Shown here: positions 43,295 through 51,144 of the stretch, in pieces
How positions within the stretch are numbered: the stretch's first letter is position 1
How the letters are laid out: each line of letters starts with the position of its first letter
From: Candidatus Micrarchaeia archaeon
GTDB lineage: Archaea; Micrarchaeota; Micrarchaeia; Anstonellales; VGKX01
Direction: 5' to 3'
Length of the DNA stretch: 64,000 nucleotides
Assembly: GCA_041650395.1 (NCBI GenBank)
Contig: JBAZLG010000002.1
Span: 63,050-127,049, forward strand
Notes under the pieces: generated by a model
What the model was told of the DNA's origin: nothing
The model's database searches: none
What the model saw: only the letters and a program-made list of their open reading frames with translations
Position numbers and translations under genes: made by a program

Positions 43295-43421
43295 CGCCGA
43301 GGAGGAGATTTGAACTCCTACTCCACGGAAGTGGAACTAGATTTCGCGCGCGGGATTTTCCCGCATGCTAGTGTTTTGTTGATCTCGAGTCTAGCGCGTT
43401 ACCGGGTTCCGCCACCTCGGC
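43295..43421 (-). tRNA. tRNA-Ser (anticodon CGA) with a ~41-nt intron in the anticodon loop
   Basis: The hand fold gives acceptor GCCGAGG/CCUCGGC, a 3-bp D stem, anticodon stem CUAGA/UCUAG with loop CUCGAGA interrupted after position 37, long variable arm UCCAC-UUCC-GUGGA, T arm AGGAG-UUCAAAU-CUCCU and discriminator G. The mature length is 86 nt. Confidence 0.85.
43343..43383 (-). other. tRNA-Ser intron (approximate boundaries)
   Basis: AUCAACAAAACACUAGCAUGCGGGAAAAUCCCGCGCGCGAA lies between the anticodon and the 3' strand of the anticodon stem and contains the hairpin GCGGG-AAAAU-CCCGC. The exact splice sites are ambiguous by 1 nt. Confidence 0.65.
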
Positions 43422-43579
43422 ATTATGAACGGTAATATCTGCCATAAGAATGCTTATATTGGTGGCGGGACCTTTACCGCAGGCAAAATGGGCCGCCAGC
43501 CTGGCAGAATCAAGGCATGAGATAGAGAAGTGAAGATTAATATTCATGGCGGCTACATTGCTGCCAAATAAAAGGACAT

Positions 43580-44005
43580 GTGATGCCAATGCCCGAAAAA
43601 GACGCAGGAAAACTCGTGAAGGGGATGCACCCGTCAGCGTCCACGGAGAAATACTACTTTGCGCTCGTGGGCGAGGGCCAGATGATGGCGCTTGCGGGCT
43701 ACCTGCAATACGTGTTTTGCGTGTGCAGGGAGCCGGAGGGGCTCTCGGCAGTCGTCAATGAGATTGGAAAGGACGGGATAGAATCCATTTCCCTCGAGAA
43801 AGCGCAGGGGCCGTTCTCGCTCGTGTCGGTCGGGGTGGAATCCGACCTGATGGCAGTGGGCTTCCTTGCGAAAATAACCTCGGCCCTGGCAAAGGAAGGC
43901 ATATCCGCAAACGCCGTAAGCGCGTACAAGAGGGATTACCTGCTTGTGCCTTATGAAAAAAGGGAGCAGGCGCTAAAGGCCCTGGCGAAACTATCAGTGA
44001 AATAG
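43580..44005 (+). CDS. ACT-domain protein (ACT_3/ACT_7-like)
   Basis: The 141-aa ORF contains FSLVSVGVESDLMAVGFLAKITSALAKEGISANAVSAYKRDYLLVPYEKREQALKAL, which matches the ACT-domain small-protein pattern as I recall it. Confidence 0.55.
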   Translation: MMPMPEKDAGKLVKGMHPSASTEKYYFALVGEGQMMALAGYLQYVFCVCREPEGLSAVVNEIGKDGIESISLEKAQGPFSLVSVGVESDLMAVGFLAKITSALAKEGISANAVSAYKRDYLLVPYEKREQALKALAKLSVK

Positions 44006-44080
44006 GCTGGAAAGGAAAAAGCGCGATGCGGCAGTTTCCCGCATAGAAATGAACGTTGCGCGCGCCAGTGAAATGCCGCC

Positions 44081-47000
44081 CTAGGCCTGCGTGCTCGTGA
44101 ATGTCAGGGTCGCGGTGTTGGTCTGCGGCGGGCTGTCGGAATCTATTCTTACAAGCACATAAGCCCAGATAGTGTCCTGCGAGTCGGAGAATGCGAGGCT
44201 TGGGCAAATAGTGATTGCAGAGGCAGACAAGTCCTGCGCGCTAGCATTGATTGAGGGGCACGAGCCTGTCTTGTTCTCCGCGCCAAACATCCGGAAAAGG
44301 GGGCTTGAGCCGCCTATGAAACCTGCAGCTGCCTTGTCAGAGGCGACCGTGATTGAAACATTGACATTCCCCTGGTTTTCAACTAGGAAGCCTGTGTCCC
44401 CGCCAGTCACATTTGAAGATTCGTTTGACGTAAGCGTAATCGACCCGGCAGCGGGCGGGATTACCGGCACAAACGAGAATGCGCTGTTGTTCATGGCGCT
44501 TGAAGTGTAAACCGCAATCTGGTTTGTCGAGGTAATGTTTATGCCTATGGTGCCGCTGGAATTGGAAGGGCCGCTGCCTGCGCCGCCGAATTCGCCGGAG
44601 CCGTTCACGCCGTAGTCGGAAAAGCCCGAGACATTGAAAACAAGGGTTTGCGAGGTTGAATTCCAGGAAATGCCAGTGCAGCGCGGCGCAGAACACGCAG
44701 TGCCATTTTGTATTATAGTGGCAAGGTCCTGCGCGAATGGCTCATAATAATAGATGACAGGAGTGGCAGCGCCGGAATATACGCCGGTAAGGTCCATCAC
44801 AAGTGTTGCCGTGGAATTGAAGCTCGAATCCAGGGCAGAGCTGTTGACAGAGATGAAGCCATTGCCTATGACAACGTGAGAATCAAAGTCCTGGTTTGCG
44901 GCATTGACAAAATGCGCAGGCGGGAACCTTATCCTGCCCTTGCCCGGCATGTCAAGGGTCATGTTCTCAACCCTAGTCAGGTCTGCGATTCCAGAAAAAT
45001 TGGTGGTAAGGCCGCTGAAAGTCGAGAATGCCGGGGAAGTCACCTGGCTTATGCTTATCTGGCCGCCAGGGAGCCATGCTACGAGCATGGCCGCAGGCAC
45101 TGCGCTTGCCTGCGTGGAGTTGGAGCCTGACGGGAAACCGCCGGAGCCCATGTAGCCGAAGCCGACCAGCGAGCCGAGGGTTATGCCGCTTACTGAAACA
45201 CCGTAATTGTTGCCTGCGGCAAGGGTGGAATTTGACACGCCTATGCCGCTCGAGTCAGTGGCAAAGGAGGAAACCGCTTGCTGGCTCGAACTGTTGGTTA
45301 TGTTGAAATTAGCTGACTGGACGGGCTTTGAATAAGCATCAAGTGTTGCGCCAAATGCCTTTTCGGGCTTGTATGTGGCAGAAAGGCCTGAAAACGCGCT
45401 TGAGGAATTGACAAGGTAGAGGTCTGCAAGGCCGGAAGCATAGCCGGAGGAGCTTATGCTGAAAGTCGAGCCGGAAGGCACGTAGGAATTGTAAATCCTT
45501 ATGTTCCTTGCAGGATTGGCATTGGAAGTCATGCACGGAGTGCCGCAGTCGCCAGCGTGTGCGCCGGTGCCGCCGGAACCGCCGCCCGTGCCGCCGTAAT
45601 ACACGCCGCCGCCGCGCTTGCCTGAGCCTTCGCCCGCGCTGCACCTGCTATTTGCAGTGTTGAGCTGCGTGCCTCCATTGAAATTCATTGAGCCTGAAGC
45701 GAGGCTTGCTGACTGGAACGGGACGAAGAGAAGGCTGCCGCCCGCGCCGCCGCCGCCGCAGCCCGAACCGCCGCTGCCGCCGCCCTGGCCGCTTGTGCCG
45801 CCCACGCCTGAAAGCGTGCCTGTGAAGTTAATCCTGCCCGCTACAAGCCTGATGGTGCCGCCGGAACCTCCGCCGCCCGGATGGTCGCCTGCTGCCGGAG
45901 CGCCCTGGCCGCCGCTCACATTTATTGTTCCTGCCATATTGATGTTCTTGGCATAAATGGAAACAAGGCCGCCCCCTGCGCCGCCTGCCGCGCCAGTGTC
46001 GGAAGTGCCGCCTGCATAGCCCCCGCCGCTTGGATTGGAGGCAGCCACAGCGTATGCGCCGATGGCATTTATCGTGCCTGAAATGTTGGCGTCGTTTTGG
46101 ATGTAAAACCATACAGAGCCGCCTGCGCCCCCATTGACGCTTGCGACAGTTACAGTGACGCCCGGGTTTATCACGAGGGACGAAAAGTTATACGCCACGC
46201 TCTGGTTGATAGTCTGGGAAGAGCTTATCACACAGTCGCCGCCGCTTACGCACCCGGCGCCGTTTAGCAGGTAGACTGCCGGGCTCACGCTGAAATTCAC
46301 GCCTGCGGAAAATATCCTGTTTTGCGAGTCATTGCATTTAACATAAATGGAATACGACTTGTTGCTTTGCAGGCCTGTGATTGTTGCAGTGTGGCTTGCC
46401 GTGCCGGCCCCGGACATGAGAGTCCCCGCGCCCGCATAAGCAAATGCCGAGTCATTGGACCATTTGCAATACGACGGCCCGCTGGTGGCTGCTTCTAGAG
46501 ACGCCTGGGTCACGGCCGAGTCAAAGGCAGCGTTAGGGGAGGGCGAGGTTATTGAAACAGACATGTTCTGGATAAAAAACGTCACATTGCTTTCGGTAAT
46601 CGTGCCGCTTGAGTTGCACCTGACAAAAAACGTGTTGGAGCTGCCGTCAAGGAGCCCGTTGAGGGTTGAACTGTGGTCAGTGGTCCCCGCGCCTGCCATG
46701 AGGGTGCCGGAGGAAGAAAAGTCAAAGCCGCTTGTTGTTCCGTATTTGCACGTCGCGCTGTCAAGCGTGGTGGCATTGAGGGAGACGCTGGATGTGCCGT
46801 ATGGGAAGGACTGGGACTGGACAGGATAGGCTATGCCCTGAGCCACGTTTGGATACCTGACAATCACTATGCCGGAGCCGCCATTGGCGCCAGAAGCGTA
46901 TTGCCGCGAACCGCCGCCGCCACCGCCTGTGCTGGCAGTGCCGGAAGTGGGGCTGGTGCCGCCATTGCCTCCGCTCCCGCCGCCGCCGGAGCCGCCCGAT

Positions 47001-47743
47001 GCTGTGCCGCTGTTGCCCGAACCGCCGCCGCCGCCTGCGTAGTATACTGACGAGCCGGTTATGGAAAACGCCATACCGGCCCCGCCTGCGCCGCCGATGT
47101 CGCCTGAAACCGACGCCTGGCCCGCTGCGCCAGCGCCGCCGCCGCCGCCTGCGGATTGCCCTCCGCTGCCAGGGCCTGCGCCGCCGCTGTTGCCATACGA
47201 GTTGGAGCCGTTTATCGAGTTCTGGTTGCTTGAACCGCCTGGCGACACGCGCGAGCCGCCGCCGCCAGAGCCGCCGTTGTTGCCCGGATTGTAGTTGGAA
47301 TTGGCATAATTCGCGCCTCCGCCGCCGCCATTCGCCACCAGTGCGTCAAAAGCGGAATTGCCGCCGTTTGCGCCATTGGAGGATGACGAAGAGCCCGCCC
47401 CGCCGCCGGAACCGCCCAAGCCCACAGTGACAGAATACGAGCCCGAAGATACCGGGAATGAAGAATGGTATTGGACCCCGCCTGCACCGCCGCCAGCCCC
47501 TTCCCAGCCGCCCGCGCCGCCTCCGCCGCCTGCGACCACCAGGACTTCAACTGTGCCCGCGCCGGAAACATTGAATGAGCCGCTGGAAGTGAAAGTGTGA
47601 ACCGTGTAATTCGTACCATTCACGATTATGGAACTCACGGAGCCTCCGGTGGCGCTGATGGCGAAAGAAAAGTGGCATAGGTAAAAAGCCGTGAGAAAAA
47701 AGGCAAATGCGGAGTATAAGACAATTATTCCTGTTTTGCGCAT
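44081..47743 (-). CDS. Giant secreted protein: glycine-rich domain, repetitive beta-rich middle, shared C-terminal surface module
   Basis: I prefer the ATG at 47743 (MRKTGIIVLYSAFAFFLTAFYL). The N-terminal domain runs YTVHTFTSSGSFNVSGAGTVEVLVVAGGGGGAGG ... GGSGIVIVRY, typical of 'glycine-rich domain' proteins. The last ~310 aa are homologous to 1018-5736 and 5784-8954. Confidence 0.8.
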   Translation of the reverse strand: MRKTGIIVLYSAFAFFLTAFYLCHFSFAISATGGSVSSIIVNGTNYTVHTFTSSGSFNVSGAGTVEVLVVAGGGGGAGGWEGAGGGAGGVQYHSSFPVSSGSYSVTVGLGGSGGGAGSSSSSNGANGGNSAFDALVANGGGGGANYANSNYNPGNNGGSGGGGSRVSPGGSSNQNSINGSNSYGNSGGAGPGSGGQSAGGGGGAGAAGQASVSGDIGGAGGAGMAFSITGSSVYYAGGGGGSGNSGTASGGSGGGGSGGNGGTSPTSGTASTGGGGGGSRQYASGANGGSGIVIVRYPNVAQGIAYPVQSQSFPYGTSSVSLNATTLDSATCKYGTTSGFDFSSSGTLMAGAGTTDHSSTLNGLLDGSSNTFFVRCNSSGTITESNVTFFIQNMSVSITSPSPNAAFDSAVTQASLEAATSGPSYCKWSNDSAFAYAGAGTLMSGAGTASHTATITGLQSNKSYSIYVKCNDSQNRIFSAGVNFSVSPAVYLLNGAGCVSGGDCVISSSQTINQSVAYNFSSLVINPGVTVTVASVNGGAGGSVWFYIQNDANISGTINAIGAYAVAASNPSGGGYAGGTSDTGAAGGAGGGLVSIYAKNINMAGTINVSGGQGAPAAGDHPGGGGSGGTIRLVAGRINFTGTLSGVGGTSGQGGGSGGSGCGGGGAGGSLLFVPFQSASLASGSMNFNGGTQLNTANSRCSAGEGSGKRGGGVYYGGTGGGSGGTGAHAGDCGTPCMTSNANPARNIRIYNSYVPSGSTFSISSSGYASGLADLYLVNSSSAFSGLSATYKPEKAFGATLDAYSKPVQSANFNITNSSSQQAVSSFATDSSGIGVSNSTLAAGNNYGVSVSGITLGSLVGFGYMGSGGFPSGSNSTQASAVPAAMLVAWLPGGQISISQVTSPAFSTFSGLTTNFSGIADLTRVENMTLDMPGKGRIRFPPAHFVNAANQDFDSHVVIGNGFISVNSSALDSSFNSTATLVMDLTGVYSGAATPVIYYYEPFAQDLATIIQNGTACSAPRCTGISWNSTSQTLVFNVSGFSDYGVNGSGEFGGAGSGPSNSSGTIGINITSTNQIAVYTSSAMNNSAFSFVPVIPPAAGSITLTSNESSNVTGGDTGFLVENQGNVNVSITVASDKAAAGFIGGSSPLFRMFGAENKTGSCPSINASAQDLSASAITICPSLAFSDSQDTIWAYVLVRIDSDSPPQTNTATLTFTSTQA

Positions 47744-47860
47744 GGTTATCCTCAAGTATAATTGAATGCAATGAATTATGCACATTTAATATATAAGTAT
47801 AACCCCTGCCAGATGAGCAGGGAAGCGTCCCCGCTGCAACGCATGGACCGCGACATCGTG

Positions 47861-47868
47861 TTTTATAA
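47861..47868 (+). promoter_or_regulatory. TATA box for tpiA (leaderless-type spacing)
   Basis: TTTTATAA lies 24-31 nt upstream of the ATG at 47892, and no SD lies in between. Confidence 0.45.
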
Positions 47869-47891
47869 CCAGTTTAGTCCAATAAAAACCC

Positions 47892-48560
47892 ATGGAACCG
47901 TTCATTGCCATAAATTTCAAGACATACAGGGAATCCCTCGGGAACAGGGGGCTTGCGCTTGCAAAGGCGGCCCGCGAAGTCGCGGCAGGCACAGGAGTCC
48001 GCATCATTGTCTGCCCGCAGTTTGTCGACCTCTGGAATGTATCGGCGATAGGGGTTGAAACATTCGCCCAGGGCGCATCCGACGCGGAGCCCGGGGCGCA
48101 TACGGGTTCAGTGTCCCTCGAGTCCGTGAAGGACGCGGGGTGCAGGGGATTCCTTCTCAACCATGCTGAAAACAGGATGCCGCACGCTGCCATAGCAAAG
48201 ACAGTCGAAAGGGCGAAAAGGCTCGGGCTCGAGTCAATGGTGTGCGCCAAGGACGTTGCGGAGGCTGTCGAGCTTGCCAGGCTCAACCCGACTTACGTTG
48301 CAATAGAGCCGCCGGAGCTGATAGGCTCTGGCGTATCTGTCTCCACTGCGAAGCCGGAGATTGTAAAAAACGCGGTGGCTGCAGTGGCTAAGGTGTCAAA
48401 AAGCCCAGTAGTTTGCGGCGCCGGGATATCGACAGCGCAAGACGTTGCAAAGGCCATCGAACTTGGCGCCGCAGGAGTGCTCCTCGCGTCCGCGTATGTG
48501 AAATCTGAAAACCCCAAGGCGCTTTTGGAAGGGTTTGCGAATGCGATTGCGGGCGAGTAA
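47892..48560 (+). CDS. tpiA: Triosephosphate isomerase, archaeal type
   Basis: The 222-aa ORF contains IAINFKTY, GAHTGSVS, LLNHAENR, VAIEPPELIGSG and VVCGAGIS. Length and motifs fit archaeal TIM. Confidence 0.9.
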   Translation: MEPFIAINFKTYRESLGNRGLALAKAAREVAAGTGVRIIVCPQFVDLWNVSAIGVETFAQGASDAEPGAHTGSVSLESVKDAGCRGFLLNHAENRMPHAAIAKTVERAKRLGLESMVCAKDVAEAVELARLNPTYVAIEPPELIGSGVSVSTAKPEIVKNAVAAVAKVSKSPVVCGAGISTAQDVAKAIELGAAGVLLASAYVKSENPKALLEGFANAIAGE

Positions 48561-48578
48561 AAACAACATTTCAATGAT

Positions 48579-50135
48579 TTGATGGGAACGTTCTCTCCGC
48601 CTCAAAACGTCGACACTGCGTTCAGGCAGCTTTGCGCGATTCTTTTCGGCAGGGAAGTGGGGGAACTTGCCGGTTTTGGCGAATACCTGCGCGAGGCCAT
48701 GATGCCATACACATTGGCCAAGTCGGAAAACACAGGCAGCGACGTATTCCTCTCAAACCCGTATTACCCGAAAAAGGCGCGCTTTGCCTCCCAGCAGGAA
48801 CTTGAAAAGGCGAAGCCCGCCAAGGCATCCGTAAACGACATCAAGGACATTGACTCCCTTTTCCGCGCCGCGTCGGAGAGCATGGTCTATTGCGGGGACA
48901 AGGTATTTGGCAGGAACGCGAACACGGCGCTTGTGGACAATGCGATAGACTGCATTGATGTCTATTATTCGCATAACGTGAGGAATGTCAAGCGCGGGGC
49001 CTTCATATCCTATGTGCGCGAGTCGGAATGCGTGTTCGGCATACCCGCTTTCCCGAAAATACGCTATTCGATGCGCTGCCTCGAGGGGATAAACGCAAAC
49101 AGGATGTTCGAGACGTATTACACCAACAATTCCTCTGACATGTATTATTCGTTCAACTGCAACAACTGCTCCGACTGCATATTCTGCTTCAACCTGCGCG
49201 CGAAAAGGCACGCGATTGGCAACATGGAGCTTGAGAAGGGCAAATATCTGGAACTCAAGAAAAAGCTCGCTTCCGAGATGGCGGAGCTGCTTGAGAAGAA
49301 CAGGCGCCTGCCCTCGCTTTCAGACCTGGCAGGCGGCTCAAAAGGCAAGGACATGAAAAAAGAGGAACTCATACCCACATCAAGCCCGCCGGCCTCGGTC
49401 GAGAAGGCGTGGTCCGAGGCAACTGGCATAGTGGTGGGCAGGCGGCTTCCTGGAATTTCGGATTACGAGCCATGGCTCCAGGCGCGCGCGCTGAAGGTGT
49501 TCAGGCTGAAAGGCAAGACAGGAAAATACACATACAAGCCCCAGCTGCCCCTTGTGAGGGACATACCCGGCGCAAGCCTGTGCACGAGGGACGAGGCAGT
49601 GAATATGTGCCAGCCCCTGATAACGCTTGCGGATGCGGGCGAGGGGTTTGAGAAGCTTGGCAAAAAGGCGGCAGGCAAGGCGTCTATAACCATGGAGATG
49701 ATGGAAGGCGCGTGCATGGAAGTGCCTGAAGTCACGCAGGCCATAGACTCCACCGAGAGCTGGTCCATGTGGGACGCCACGAACTCGTCAAGGTCGGCCT
49801 GCACCACCGCTGCAATCCAGTCAAAATACGCATTTGGCGGGTTTTTCAGGATGCTTGACAGCGAGTTCACGATAAACTGCTACGACGTGGTGGAATGCAA
49901 GAGGTGCCTCGAGGTCGACAGCTCGTCACGCTGTTCGGACTGTTACTTCTGCCACAACTGCGAGGCGTGCGAGAACTGCATATTGTGCTCCAATGCCAAG
50001 GGGCTGCGCTTTGCAGTCCTTAACGTGGAAGTGGGCAGGGAAAAATACATGGAAATCAGGAAAATGCTGCTTGCCCACATAGCTGACGGGCTTGAAAAGG
50101 ACAAAAGGATAGACGAGAGCATATTCGACATGTGA
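48579..50135 (+). CDS. Hypothetical cytoplasmic protein with two Cys-ladder modules
   Basis: The 518-aa ORF has an internal duplication: FNCNNCSDCIFCFNLRAKRHAIGNMELEKGKYLELKKKL and CSDCYFCHNCEACENCILCSNAKGLRFAVLNVEVGREKYMEIRKML. No family recognised. Confidence 0.6.
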   Translation: MMGTFSPPQNVDTAFRQLCAILFGREVGELAGFGEYLREAMMPYTLAKSENTGSDVFLSNPYYPKKARFASQQELEKAKPAKASVNDIKDIDSLFRAASESMVYCGDKVFGRNANTALVDNAIDCIDVYYSHNVRNVKRGAFISYVRESECVFGIPAFPKIRYSMRCLEGINANRMFETYYTNNSSDMYYSFNCNNCSDCIFCFNLRAKRHAIGNMELEKGKYLELKKKLASEMAELLEKNRRLPSLSDLAGGSKGKDMKKEELIPTSSPPASVEKAWSEATGIVVGRRLPGISDYEPWLQARALKVFRLKGKTGKYTYKPQLPLVRDIPGASLCTRDEAVNMCQPLITLADAGEGFEKLGKKAAGKASITMEMMEGACMEVPEVTQAIDSTESWSMWDATNSSRSACTTAAIQSKYAFGGFFRMLDSEFTINCYDVVECKRCLEVDSSSRCSDCYFCHNCEACENCILCSNAKGLRFAVLNVEVGREKYMEIRKMLLAHIADGLEKDKRIDESIFDM

Positions 50136-50237
50136 TGGCAGCGGAACCTGCAAGAGAGCGGCAGCAGTTTCGCAGCAATCTTATTTTTGGGAGCGGGGGG
50201 CAAGGGGCAGAAGCCCCTAAATCCAGCCGGGCAGAGT

Positions 50238-51053
50238 TTAGTAGAGGTTTGCCAGGAGGCCTGCCAGGGAATACAATGGCGAGAGCATTACTGGGAAAAT
50301 CATCACGCCGTTGTTTGTCGCCTTGAGGTCGGAGAGAAGGTTGGAATGCACTGTGAACTTCAGGTTTTCCGACTGGGATATGAGCGGCGAGGAGGTGGAG
50401 ACGGCAGTGATGTTTATGTCGTATTCGGACTCGTCATAGCCCACGACCTCGTATTCCACGGTCTTTGATGACATCGCGGGGACGAATATGTCGCGCTTGA
50501 ACTCCCAGCCGCGCACGCCCTGGCTCGTGATTGTGTAGACGTCGTTGGTGTCGGCCTTGTTGTTTATGGTTATCTCGAACCTGGCGGGCTGGCCCGCTGA
50601 AACCGTCTGGGACTTTGGCGACATGCCGACCGAGAGCACGTCCCTTGTGACGTGGACTTTAACCTTGAACCCGATTGTGGGAAGCCCTTCGCCCTGCCCC
50701 TCGTCAAGAGCGTGGGCGTAAAGCGTGTATTCGCCCTCCTGGGCGTCGGGCGCGACTGTGAACTCCGCCTGCAGGGGGTTCGAGGTTATCTTGCTTGATT
50801 TCGCGCCCCATCCTTCAGGGGCTGAATAGAACTCGAGCTGGTCATAGACTCCGCCAATGCCGAACTTGCCGCCCGTTGATACGCGCGGGTCCACTGAAAC
50901 CGCCATTGTCTGGCCCGGGCCTATAGTGCCCGCGTCTATGGTGGCGCCCTGCGAGAGCTCGATAGCCTGCGGGGCTATCATCTTCAGGGGGTAGGCAATG
51001 CCTGCCAGCAGTGCCAGCACAAGAACAGAGAACACAAACGACTTACGGGCCAT
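50238..51053 (-). CDS. Surface protein with signal peptide and C-terminal TM anchor
   Basis: I prefer the ATG at 51053 (MARKSFVFSVLVLALLAGIA). It has beta-rich repeats and a C-terminal hydrophobic segment (GVMIFPVMLSPLYSLAGLLANLY), resembling COG1470-type archaeal membrane proteins. Confidence 0.6.
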   Translation of the reverse strand: MARKSFVFSVLVLALLAGIAYPLKMIAPQAIELSQGATIDAGTIGPGQTMAVSVDPRVSTGGKFGIGGVYDQLEFYSAPEGWGAKSSKITSNPLQAEFTVAPDAQEGEYTLYAHALDEGQGEGLPTIGFKVKVHVTRDVLSVGMSPKSQTVSAGQPARFEITINNKADTNDVYTITSQGVRGWEFKRDIFVPAMSSKTVEYEVVGYDESEYDINITAVSTSSPLISQSENLKFTVHSNLLSDLKATNNGVMIFPVMLSPLYSLAGLLANLY

Positions 51054-51144
51054 ATCCACACAACCTTTTTGCAAAACCATGCCTTTTCCGGGGCGCGCCT
51101 TGTCCCCAACAACCTTTTTTCATTGCACGAGTATATAACACTTA

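Noticed and set aside
43368-43589. 73-aa ORF on the minus strand
   Set aside because: It overlaps the 5' half of tRNA-Ser (43295-43421) and has no coding-like features, so it is spurious.
45600-47450. Pro-rich plus-strand ORFs (e.g. 45618-45956, 47061-47294, 47358-47600) as collagen- or extensin-like genes
   Set aside because: They are the reverse complement of poly-Gly coding runs (GGN read as NCC) within the 44081-47743 gene, so they are a frame and strand artefact.
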